56,476 nt of DNA from an uncultured Thermoleophilaceae bacterium (GTDB taxonomy: Bacteria; Actinomycetota; Thermoleophilia; Solirubrobacterales; JACPNS01): NCBI GenBank assembly GCA_964597975.1, contig CAZRAA010000002.1, positions 12,156 through 68,631 of the forward strand, read 5' to 3'. The notes under the pieces were generated by a model that was not told the origin of the DNA, searched no databases, and saw only the letters and a program-made list of their open reading frames with translations. Below, piece by piece: positions 1 to 10,200 of this stretch (position 1 is the first letter of the stretch; each line of letters opens with the position of its first letter). Both the position numbers and the translations under genes were made by a program.

Positions 1-528
1 CTTCACTGTCTTGAGCAGGATCTTCGCGTCGAGCCGGGCGCTGCGGTGGTCGACGTACCAGACGTCCAGATCGATGCGCTCGCTCCAGGGAAGCGCCGCG
101 CGGCCATTGACCTGAGCCCAGCCAGTGATCCCTGGCTTGACTTCCAGCCGTCTCAACTGATGCTCGTTGTACTTCTCGACCTGGCTTCGCACTGTCGGAC
201 GCGGTCCGATGATGCTCATGTCGCCGACGAGCACGTTGATCAGGTTCGGCAGTTCGTCGATCGAAAAGCGTCGTAGCAGCGCACCCGATTTCAGGATGCG
301 CGGATCGTCCTCATCTACCGCAAGGCCCGCCCCGATGCGTTCTGCGTTCTTGACCATCGTGCGCAGCTTCCAGAGCCTGAAGTCACGACCGCCCTTGCCG
401 ACGCGCGCCTGGCGGAAGAACGGCGATCCGGGCGATTCGACGACGATCCAGGCGATCGCGGCCAGCAGCAGAGGACTCGTCACGAGCAACGCAACTGCGG
501 AGACGAATATGTCGAACACCCGGCGCAT
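1..528 (-). CDS. Bacterial sugar transferase (initiating undecaprenyl-phosphate glycosyl-1-phosphate transferase family), 3' end runs off window
   Basis: Manual translation from ATG 528: MRRVFDIFVSAVALLVTSPLL...FFRQARVGKGG..F.LWKLRTM...DDPRI...LRRFSIDELPNLINVLVGDMSIIGPRP, the classic Bac_transf motifs. Absent from the ORF track because there is no stop in the window. Confidence 0.93.
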   Translation of the reverse strand, partial: MRRVFDIFVSAVALLVTSPLLLAAIAWIVVESPGSPFFRQARVGKGGRDFRLWKLRTMVKNAERIGAGLAVDEDDPRILKSGALLRRFSIDELPNLINVLVGDMSIIGPRPTVRSQVEKYNEHQLRRLEVKPGITGWAQVNGRAALPWSERIDLDVWYVDHRSARLDAKILLKTVK

Positions 529-537
529 CGTCGTCGA

Positions 538-1677
538 TCACCGTGTCCCCTCGGGCGGCGTCCACCCCTCATCGAGGATCTGCGCTGTCCCCTTGCGCAG
601 ATAGTCGATCAGGCCGAGCACGATCGCGGCATTGGTCAGCACGTAGTAGCGCGCGACCAGGAACGGCTTGAACTTGATCAACGGAGCCAGGAGCGCTGCG
701 GCGATCAGCGCGAGCTGGAGCATCAAGAGCGCCAGATAGAGCGTCGAGCCTGCCGCAAGCAGTGCGCTGGTGACCAGCGCGCCAAGATGCAGGAACGGCG
801 CCTTGTAGCGCAGCACGCGGTGAGAGAGCATCATCCAGCCGTACGCAAAACCGTAGCCGTGCGGGCTGAGCATTCCTCCGCCGAGCACGATCGGCCAAGC
901 GAAGCTCATCATCCGGCGCTTGCGCCGGAACTCGCCGCCGATACTCGGGACCATGGTCTCGCTGGCGCGGGCTGCCGGGGCGTCGATCGCGCGGCCGCCG
1001 AGCTTGACGACGTTGAACGGCAGCGTCAGATCGTGGCCCGTGACGGGCGCAATCTGCTTGTAGACCTGCGGATTGACGGCGTAGATCGCGCCATTGCCAG
1101 CAGTCACCGAGCGCAGCGCCGACTCGCGCGCGCGCACCCACATCTCGTAGCGCCAGTAAAGGCCCTCCTGATTGTCACCAGCCTCGTTGACGAACTCGAC
1201 GCGGCCGCATACATAATCCACACCGGGCTCCTCGAAGGCGTCGATCAGGCGCTTGAGCGCATCCGGCTCCCACATCGTGTTGGCGTCCGAGAAAGCGATG
1301 ATCTGGCCGCGGGCCTGTTCGACGGCTGCGTTCTGCGCTGCCATCTTGCCGCCGTGCGGCAACTCGAGCACGAGATCCGCGCCGGCCGCACGGGCGAGCT
1401 CAGGCGTCGCATCGGGAGATCCGTCGCAGGCGACGATGATCTCCAGGCGCTCGCGCGGGTAGTCGAGCGCGAGCGCATTCTTCACTTTCTCTTCGATCAC
1501 CGACTCTTCGGCGTAGGCGGCGATTATCAGCGTGACGTCGAAGTACTCGTCGTCGCTCATCTGCTGCGGGACGGGAGCTGGGCGCACGAAGATCGCGAGC
1601 AGCGCCGGGTATCCGAGCTGCGCGTAGAGCAGCGAGCCGGCGCAGAGCCAGAAGATGATTTCGAGCGCGGTGCTCAC
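538..1677 (-). CDS. GT2 family glycosyltransferase (CESA-like, membrane-bound)
   Basis: IIAAYAEE, DGSPD, FSDAN and EFRRKRR motifs; N- and C-terminal TM helices. Confidence 0.9.
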   Translation of the reverse strand: MSTALEIIFWLCAGSLLYAQLGYPALLAIFVRPAPVPQQMSDDEYFDVTLIIAAYAEESVIEEKVKNALALDYPRERLEIIVACDGSPDATPELARAAGADLVLELPHGGKMAAQNAAVEQARGQIIAFSDANTMWEPDALKRLIDAFEEPGVDYVCGRVEFVNEAGDNQEGLYWRYEMWVRARESALRSVTAGNGAIYAVNPQVYKQIAPVTGHDLTLPFNVVKLGGRAIDAPAARASETMVPSIGGEFRRKRRMMSFAWPIVLGGGMLSPHGYGFAYGWMMLSHRVLRYKAPFLHLGALVTSALLAAGSTLYLALLMLQLALIAAALLAPLIKFKPFLVARYYVLTNAAIVLGLIDYLRKGTAQILDEGWTPPEGTR

Positions 1678-1686
1678 GGGCGCGAA

Positions 1687-2787
1687 TTATCGCGCTTTCG
1701 GCGCGAGCGACTCGTAGAGTTCGATCGTTCGGGCGGCGATCTGGCTCCAGGCGAACTCGCCTGACGCAAGCTGCCGCGCGGCGCCAGCGAGGCGTTCGCG
1801 CTCGCCAGGGTTGTCGAGCAGGTGCGAAAGTCCGCGCGCGATCGCCGCAAGGTCGTCGGGTTCGACCGCAAGCGCCGCGCCGTGGTCCCCGGCGATCTCG
1901 GTGAATCCTCCCACGCTGGTGAGCAGCAACGGCTTGCCGAACGCCAGCGCTGTGAAGAGCACGCCCGACTGATCGATCTGCCGATAGGGCAGCGCGACGA
2001 CGTCGGCGCGCTCGAAAAACGCCCCGAGTTCGTCATCGCCGACGAAGCGTTCGATCCACCGCACTCGATCTGCGATCCCAAGGTCGCGCGCCAGCGACTT
2101 CAGCGGCGCGGTGTCCATCCGCGCGGCGCCGACGAGCCAGAGTTCGGCTTCCGGGTCGGCGGCGGCGAAGCCCTCGAGCATCAGATCGATTCCTTTATAC
2201 GGACGCATCAGGCCGAACTGCAGGACGACTGGCCGCTCCACCTCTGCAAACTCCGGCGGGAGCGGCTTTGCGCCCGGAACATCGACCAGATGCTCGAACA
2301 CGCCGTGCGGGATAACGTGGACCTTCTCCTGCGGCACGCTGAGCACTTCAGTCAGCACACCCTTGCCGTGCCTGCTGTGAACGACCACGGCGTCGACCGC
2401 GTTGTAAGTCTTGGAGAGCGCGCCGAGCTGTCCGGGTCGCGGTTCGCGCGGGATCACATCGTGAGCGGTCAGCACCTTCGGTCCGCGCGGCAGGAGATGG
2501 CGGTCGATCGCCTGGATCGGCAGCCACTGGAAGTGCGTGACGTCGACCGCCGGGAGCCGGCGCAGGCGCAGCATGTCGATTGGATGCTGCGCGAGCTTGG
2601 CCGGCAGCGATCCGCCGGCACGATAGAAGTGGTCACGCAGCGTGTAGCCCTCGGCCGCCGGGCGCGGCCCGTGGCGAAATTCCGAGGTGACCAGCTCCAC
2701 ATCTGCCCCTGCAGCCGCAAGCGCCGCGCACAGGGCGTGGTCGTAGGGCGGCGTGTAGGCAGGTGGGTCGACGACTCGGACGCGCAT
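1687..2787 (-). CDS. GT4 family glycosyltransferase
   Basis: GT-B motifs TAHD, VIPHG, FGLMRPYKGID, LPYRQIDQSGVL, VGGFTE. Confidence 0.9.
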   Translation of the reverse strand: MRVRVVDPPAYTPPYDHALCAALAAAGADVELVTSEFRHGPRPAAEGYTLRDHFYRAGGSLPAKLAQHPIDMLRLRRLPAVDVTHFQWLPIQAIDRHLLPRGPKVLTAHDVIPREPRPGQLGALSKTYNAVDAVVVHSRHGKGVLTEVLSVPQEKVHVIPHGVFEHLVDVPGAKPLPPEFAEVERPVVLQFGLMRPYKGIDLMLEGFAAADPEAELWLVGAARMDTAPLKSLARDLGIADRVRWIERFVGDDELGAFFERADVVALPYRQIDQSGVLFTALAFGKPLLLTSVGGFTEIAGDHGAALAVEPDDLAAIARGLSHLLDNPGERERLAGAARQLASGEFAWSQIAARTIELYESLAPKAR

Positions 2788-2831
2788 CGAACGGTGATTA
2801 TCGCGGCTCGCGGACCGGTACGCTCGCGCAG

Positions 2832-3770
2832 GTGAATGAGCGGGCTCTTGACCTCTCCTATTGCATCGTCAACACAAACGGCGGCGAACTGCTGGGGCGG
2901 TGCCTTGACGCGATCGACCAGTACACGCCGCAAGAGCTCACGTATGAGACCCTGCTGCTCGACAACGCCTCCGACGACGGCTCGCCGAAGTACGCCGAGG
3001 GGCGCGAAAAGCTGCGGCTTATCGAGCTCTCAGAGCGCACCGGCAAGGCGGCCAACGACTCAGCCCTCCTGCGCGAGGCGCGCGGCGAGTTCGCCTTGTT
3101 GCTCAACGAGGATTCGGAGATCACGGAGGGCGCAGTCGGTGAACTGCTCGCCGCGCTCAAAGCCGACCCCGAGGCCGCGGCTGCCGGCGCGCTGCTGATG
3201 AACGGCGAGGGCGCCGCCCAGCCGTGCGCGTGGCGTTTCACCAGTGTCACGACCGCACTCGCCGGCGTCTTCTGGCTACACCGCGTCTTCACCGTCCAGA
3301 GCAAGGGCGCCGCGACCCGGAGCGTCGACTGGGCGCAGTCGGCCGCGCTGCTGCTGCGCACAGAGCGTGCCAATGCAATCGGCAACCTCGACGAGGACTT
3401 CTTCGTCTACGGCGACGAGGTCGACCTCTGCAAACGTCTGGCCGACGCAGGCGGACACACGCTCTTCGTCCCTTCCGCGCGGGTCTACCACCGCGAGGGG
3501 CTCTCGCACGGCGACTCGGCCAAGCGGCGAATCGTCGAGTTCCATCGCGGCCGGGACCTCTACATGAGAAAGCATCACGGAGCAGCGCAGGCAGCGATTG
3601 TGCGCGTGCTTGTGAGCATCACCTACCTGGAGCGCGCGTTCGCTGCAGCGCTCACGCGCAAGCATCAGCCGCGCCGGTTCCTCTGGCACGCCCGCGCGGC
3701 GATCGATCCTGCCTGGGGCGAAGGACTGCGCGAGTCAGCGGCCGCGTGGAACGAAGCGCACCGGGGCTGA
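2832..3770 (+). CDS. GT2 family glycosyltransferase (WbbL/rhamnosyltransferase-like)
   Basis: LLDNASDDGS, LLNED, LDEDFFVYGDEVDLC motifs. Start moved to GTG 2832, 7 nt after a TACGCT -10 box. Confidence 0.88.
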   Translation: MNERALDLSYCIVNTNGGELLGRCLDAIDQYTPQELTYETLLLDNASDDGSPKYAEGREKLRLIELSERTGKAANDSALLREARGEFALLLNEDSEITEGAVGELLAALKADPEAAAAGALLMNGEGAAQPCAWRFTSVTTALAGVFWLHRVFTVQSKGAATRSVDWAQSAALLLRTERANAIGNLDEDFFVYGDEVDLCKRLADAGGHTLFVPSARVYHREGLSHGDSAKRRIVEFHRGRDLYMRKHHGAAQAAIVRVLVSITYLERAFAAALTRKHQPRRFLWHARAAIDPAWGEGLRESAAAWNEAHRG

Positions 3771-3774
3771 CGGA

Positions 3775-4125
3775 TCAGCTGACGGCACTGAATGCGAGCG
3801 CCACCGCGCCCGCGTAGAGCAGGCAGAAGATCGTCGTACCGGCCAGGGGCACCCAGAACGCCGTGCGGCTCTGCGCCAGCCGGACCAGGGTGAGCACCAG
3901 CGTGGCGAGAAATCCGATCGCTGGCACCGAGACCGATAGCACCCAGCCGACCACGAATAGCCCAGTGTCGCACTCGCCCACGGAGCCGCAGCTGTCAGTG
4001 GCCATAACGAGGAAGAAGCCGGCAAAGATCAGCGCGGCGGCCAGCAGCGCAGACGCGATCAACAGGACGATCGAGACGACCCGATCGCCGGTCGAATGCG
4101 TTTCAGTCCTAGCCTGCTGCTCCAT
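3775..4125 (-). CDS. Small 3-TM membrane protein with an extracellular Cys pair (MATDSCGSVGECD)
   Basis: Three hydrophobic segments; fills the gap between flanking genes. Confidence 0.7.
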   Translation of the reverse strand: MEQQARTETHSTGDRVVSIVLLIASALLAAALIFAGFFLVMATDSCGSVGECDTGLFVVGWVLSVSVPAIGFLATLVLTLVRLAQSRTAFWVPLAGTTIFCLLYAGAVALAFSAVS

Positions 4126-4145
4126 CCGGGTTTGAAGTATCAGCC

Positions 4146-4185
4146 ACAGGGCGGAGGTATGGATTGATCCATACCTCCGCCTTGT
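4146..4185 (-). terminator. Strong hairpin downstream of the giant gene (intrinsic terminator lacking a U-tract)
   Basis: Perfect inverted repeat GGCGGAGGTATGGAT-TG-ATCCATACCTCCGCC (4150-4181), extendable to 4146-4185, about 20 nt after the stop at 4204. Confidence 0.75.
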
Positions 4186-4203
4186 CCACCGGACTACAAA
4201 TCG

Positions 4204-7200
4204 CTACTTGAAGAACTTGCTACCAGCCGGCACCGTGTAGTCGTACCGGAAGGCCGTGCCGTCGGAATTCGTGACCTCAAAGGTGAAGGTGACGTTCTTC
4301 TTCTGGCACTTCTTCAGCTTCTTGCCCTTGAGGCCACCGCAGAAGGTCTTGAACGGCAGGGCGATCGCGCTGTTCTTGCTGGTGATCGAGAAGCCGCGCG
4401 TGCCGTCAGCGAACGGCGCCTTGAACTGCAGTCGGTTACCCGAGAACTTGAACGCGTCGGACTGGAGTTTCTTGGTTCCGGCCTTACCGGTCAGGTTCTT
4501 CAGGTTCTTCTTCGTGGCCTTCTTCTTCTTGTTGTAAGTGACCAGCTTCTTGTCGACCTTCGTGCCCTTCGGGTAGGAAACGCGCACCGACTTGATCGAC
4601 TTGCAGTTCTCGCCGGTCGTCATCGCGAGTGAGGTCGTCGCCTTCTTGTTGCCCTTCTTCTTGATTCCCTTGGTCGAGACCTTGACCGAGGGGTTGAGGC
4701 ACTGGCGCTGCTGCTCGGCGCAGAAGCCATCGATGCCGATGATCGGGCTCGCGACGCTGACCTGCTGGCCGCTGTGGCTTGTGAAGTTCGTGCTTGCCGA
4801 ACCGCAGACGCCGTTGCTGCGCAACATGACAAGTCCATTCGGTCCGCCGGCGATGCTCATCGTCAAGTCGGTGAAGATCAGGTCGGGCAGGTTCTGGAAT
4901 GTGCTCTGGACCTGGTTGAACTGCGCACCGACGAAGCGGTTCGCTCCACGGATCTGCAGGTTGATCGGCGCAGGGATGTCCATCAACAGATCCGGCAACG
5001 AGGATCCGGAGATGCTCCGGGCCATGTAGACGTTTCCTTCGACCGGAGTCGTCAGCAGCGGCGTGTTGACCGAGACCGTTCCGATCTTCGCGGTCCCCGG
5101 GCAGGCGCGGGCGGCGGCTTGCTCGGCGGTGCAGGCTTGCGCGATACCGGCGACGTTGATGGTCAGAGCCGTCGGCAGCACCACTGTCGTGCCTGCGAGC
5201 GTCGAGTCTCCGACGTTGCTGCCCATCTTGATCGTCCATGCCGGCGGGTTACCCACGCCACCACCGTGGGCGGTGAACGAGAGCGCCGGCGTGAAGGCTC
5301 GCACCGGGCAGCCGGTGGCCTGGTAGGGCATGTCCTGGGACGAAGTAGCCGCCGGCGAGCCCCAGGAGGTCATGCTGGCCGTGATCTGTTGCGCCTTGCA
5401 GTCAGATGCGTTGAAGAGGAACGGCTTGTTTGTGCTCTGCGCGGTGCCCTGCATGTTCACTTCCAGGCGGCTCATATGCGTCGGCACACCCTTGAAGAGC
5501 TTGGGCACGTCCTGGAAATCGACGTCGATTCCGTGGTCGCTTTCGCGGATCTGCACTCGACCCTGGGTGATGTAGTCGCCCAGGTCGTAGTCGCCGGCGA
5601 CGGCCGGGACCTTGATCGACATGCCGGCGATGTCGCCGCCCACGCCCTCGGTCAGGTAGATCGAACCGCTCATCGGCAGGATCTGTCCGTACTGGCCGAT
5701 CGAGACCTGCACGTCGCCGACCTTGCTGGCCGACGAGCAGTTGCCTGCGTTGGCGGTCGCGACCGGGCACTGCGGCACCGCGGCGGCGCTTCCGAGGAAG
5801 CCTTCCGGCAGATGCATCATCACGCGACGGATGTCCTGCTCTCCGTCAGCGCGCGTGAACTCGGTTGAGAAGTTCGGGTGCGCACCAGACTGCGTGGTGC
5901 TGATCGTGTAGCTCGAGGCGGGTGCAAATCCCTTGGCCGTGCCGGCAAGCACGCTGACCGGACTGGTCGAGCTCTTGGTCACCGGCGTCTGGCTGGGTCC
6001 GTCAGACCAGGCGCTCATCGATGCGCCGGCCGCGACCGTCAGCGGATCGGTCGTGCTCGGGTTTTCCGGGTTGAGCAGCAGCGGCTTGACGCCCGATCCG
6101 GCGTCAACTCCGGTGAGGTCCACTTCCATCTCGTCGAACGGAATGTCCGGCAGATCCTTGAACTCGGTGACCAGTTCGCCTTCGTTCACGCCGCTCTCAG
6201 CCACGATGGCGGTGCCACGGATCGTGATCGTCGTCTTGCCGGTCATCTGGATCGCAAGCTTGTAGCGGTCTCCAGCCGTGTTACCCGGGGTCAGCAGGTA
6301 GACCGAACCCCACAGCGAGTGCAGGTCGGGGTTGACGCTGTTCGGATCGGCGACGTTCTTTGGCAGCAGCGATGTGTCGAGCCACGCAGTACCCACGCGC
6401 GACTTGGCTGGGCAGTTCTTTGCTGCCAGCTGGATATTGCTGCAGGTCTCAGATCCATCGGCGGCCGCTGCGCTCAAGCGGAAGCCCGGAAGGCTCAGTG
6501 CCATGTCCTTCATGCCGGCCTGAGTCGCGGCGTCGCCCTGCGAGACCGTGACGCGCAGCTTGGTCGGTGCCTCGGGCACGCGGTCGAGGGGCTGTGAGTC
6601 GTAGGACTCGTCGTTGTAGTTCTCGATATCAACGCTGTTGTCATTGAGGTTGAGGCTCTCACAGCCGGTGAACGGTCCGACCGAGCCGGTCAGGTCGGCC
6701 GGCGAACCGGTTGTGAAGTTGACCGTCGCCTTGATGTCCAGCGCACTCGTGCAGCTGCGCGGATTGGACATGAACGGCTTGTCATCAGCGGTGGGGAGCG
6801 TGCCCTGCTTGGCCATCCCGAAGAGCTTCACGTGCAGTGCGCTGATGCGCACGGGGATCCCTTCAAAGCGCTGCGGCATGTCGCCGGTCTGCGCCCAGAG
6901 GAAGTAGTCGTCGGGGTCGATGTTGACCTCGATCGGGACGACGACGCGGCCAAGATCGAACGGTCCGACCACGACGTGCGAAGCGAAGACCAGCTTGGCC
7001 GGGTGATCGGCGTCGGCGACGACGTTGTAGATCTCGCCGGGCAGCGTGTAGACGTCCTCACTGCTGCCGATGCCGATCTCAACCTCTCCGACCTGCGTCG
7101 CCGCGTCGCAGTTGCCGATCTGGGCGTGGGTGGCGTCGTCAAGGCATGTGGGGGCCGCATCGGCCGATCCGACCAGACCCTTGGGCAGTTCGAACTTGGC

Positions 7201-10200
7201 GTTCAGAATGCTGCGGTTGCCGTCCGGACGCGTGAGGTTCATCGTCACGTCGGAATGCACACCAACGGCCAGAGAATCGACGCTCGCGGTGAGGCCAAGC
7301 GCACCTTCAGGGCCGTTGCAGTTGTTCACGGCGATCGTGTCGGCGGCCTCGACTGCCGGGTCGGTATCGCGGCTCCACGGAACCATCTGCGCGCGAACCA
7401 CGTGGCTGCCGCAAGTTTCAGGGTTGGTCAACAACGCGTGTTTGCCAGATCCCGTCGTGTTGAACTCGACAAGCAGGTTGGAGAACTGCAGGTCGGGCAG
7501 GTTGTCGAACTCGGCGATCACCTGTCCGTTGCCCTGGTTGACCGACCCCAGACCGTCGGCGAGGTCACTCGAGCCGTTGACCGTGGCGCGGCCGTGGACG
7601 ACAAGGCTGCTGCCCGGCAGGCTCACGTAGATGCCGATGCGGTAGCGGTTGGCGGATCCCGTGCCTGGGGTTTCCAGGAAGACGGTGCCGGTCCGCTGGG
7701 TCGGCAGCAGCGGCGTGTCCAGCTTGACGGTGCCGATGCGGCTGTTTGCCGGGCAGGCTGCCCCGCCGGCGTCGACGACCGCCGGGTCGCAGGCCATCTG
7801 CTGGCCGCCGCTGGCAAGGTTTCCGATGCCCGGGTTGATGCTCATTCCGACCGGCAGCGTCGTGCGGATCGACTTCGTCGAGCTGGAGGAGCCGGCGAAT
7901 GCGAAGCCAAGATCAAGGCCGACCGGCTTGCCCGCGTGGCCGTTCGGCTTGAGCGCCACGGAGAGGCTCGGGTTGTATGGCGCCTCATCGCAGCTGTCCG
8001 TCGTGTAGCTGTCGGTGCCGTCGTGCGTCGCGCCCTCACTGGACGTCATGTGCGCCGTGACCGTGTGCGTGTTGCAGCGACTCGGGTTGATCATGAACGG
8101 GTTGCCGTTGACGGTCCCGTCGAGCTTGATCTGCATCTGGCGCACGCGCACCGGGATGCCTTCATAGCGGCTCGGAAGCGTCGTGTGCGTAAGGATGCGC
8201 AGCGTGCTTGCGGTGTTGCCGACGATCTCCGTGGTCACTGGGACGCTCAGCTTGCCGAGGTTGTACGGACCAACCTTCACGCCGAGCACGGCGGCAAGTC
8301 GCGCGGGCTCGTCGTCACTGGAGGTCTCGACGTTGTAGATCCCGCCGGAGAGCGGCAGCGTCTCGTCGCCCGTACCGACGCGGGTGGTCACGTCGCCCAC
8401 ACGCGACGTCTCTGCGCAAGCGGCAAGATTTGCGTCGTCGAGGTCGCAGCGAGGCGTCGCGACTGTGTTGGCGACAAGTCCGGCCGGCAGCTCGATGTCG
8501 AGCTGCTCGAGCTGCTGCGTCTTGTCCTGGCGTGTGATGTCGATCGTCATGTCCGGGTTGCCGGCGGCCTTCGTGTCTGAGAACGACGCGTTGAAGGTCG
8601 GTGCGAAAGGCTCGGCCTCCGGGGCCGGACAAGGGGCGCCCTGGCCGTCGTAGGACGTGACGAACGAGGCCACCGGTTCGGCGGCGATCGTGCCGCTGGT
8701 CGGCATGATCGAGGCGGTGACGTTCTGAGCACCGCAGGTCTCCGGGTTGGTCAACAGCGAGCGCTCGCCGGTGTCAAAGGCGACCGTCATGTTCGTGAAG
8801 CCGAGGTCCGGAATGTCGTCGAACGTCGCCGTCATCTGTCCGGTCGCCGAGGCGTCGGTCGAACCGATGCCGTTGACCAGATCGGTCGAACCGTCGACAT
8901 CGACACTGCCGCGCACGATCAGCTTCTGGCCCGGGACGTTGACCACGATCGCCATCAGATAGCGAGTGGCCGCAGTGCCGCCAGGCGTCTCGAGGTAGAC
9001 CTTTCCGGTCTGCGTTCCCGGTAGCAGCGGAGTCGTCAGCGAGACCGATCCGATCTGGGCGCTGTCACAGTCCGAGAGATCCCCGGCGTCGATCGAGGCA
9101 GTCGGGCAGGTCGACATCGTGGTGCCGAAGCCGTTGCCGAAAGCCGGGTTGATCGTCATGCCCTCGGGCAACTCGGTAGCGATGCTGCCAAACGTCTGGT
9201 TGTCGGCGTCGGAGGTGACGCCGAGTGTGAAGTTGGTCGGCAGGGCGGTCTCGGACGGGTCGACCGAGGCCATGATCGAGGGAGCGGTGGCGAAGCCCGC
9301 CGCGCAGCTGTCGATCGTGAATGAGTCGGTGAGCGTCGAGCTTTCGCCGCCCTGGCCCTCGAGTTCGGCGGTCACGTCGTGGCTGCCGCACTTGCTCGGG
9401 TTGACGACGAAGCGGTTGCCGGAGATCTCGCCGTACATCGTCATGTCGATCGTGCGCATCTGGATAGCGACGCCCTCGAAACGGGTCGGGACGTCGGTCA
9501 CGGCGTCAATCCCGTAGCGCCGCTGCGGGTTGGCGTCGTTGCCGGATCGAATCTTCGTGGAGACCGGGATCACCAGCTTGCCAAGGTCGTACGGGCCGAC
9601 CTGGACGTCGACCGTCGCGGCCAGACGAGCCGGCTCGTCGGAATTCGGCACGACGTTGAATATCTCGCCGCTCATCGCCAGCGGGTCGCCGCCGGCTCCC
9701 ACCGTTGTCGAGAGCTCGCCGACCTTGCTGCCGGCGGCGCAGTTGCCTGCGGCGGCGTCGGCCTGTGAGCACTGGGTCACGGCCGTCGTGTTGGCGACCA
9801 GTCCGACCGGCAGACCGAGCGTCAGCTTCGAGAGCCGCTGGTCCTTCGCGCCTGCCGTGACCTTGAAGTTGAGGTCCGGGCTCGCAGCCTGGGTGTGGTC
9901 GCTCACATCGGCCTCGAACGTCGGCGCGAACGTGTTGTCGCAGCCGGTGCTGACGGCGTCGCTGTCCGTGCGCGTGACCGCCGCGTCCTGCGGCTGCTGG
10001 CCGTCGGCGATGCTCCAGGGGGTCAGCTGCGCGCTGGAGGTGAAGGTTCCACAGGTCTTCGGGCTCGTCAACATCGCGTGGTCGCCAGAGTCGAAGGTGA
10101 CTTCGAGCTTGCTGAACTGGAGGTCTGGCAGGTTGTCGAACACCGCGCTGACCTGACCGGTGCCGCCGCCAACGCCGGTGCCGGTGCCGTTGACCTGCGC

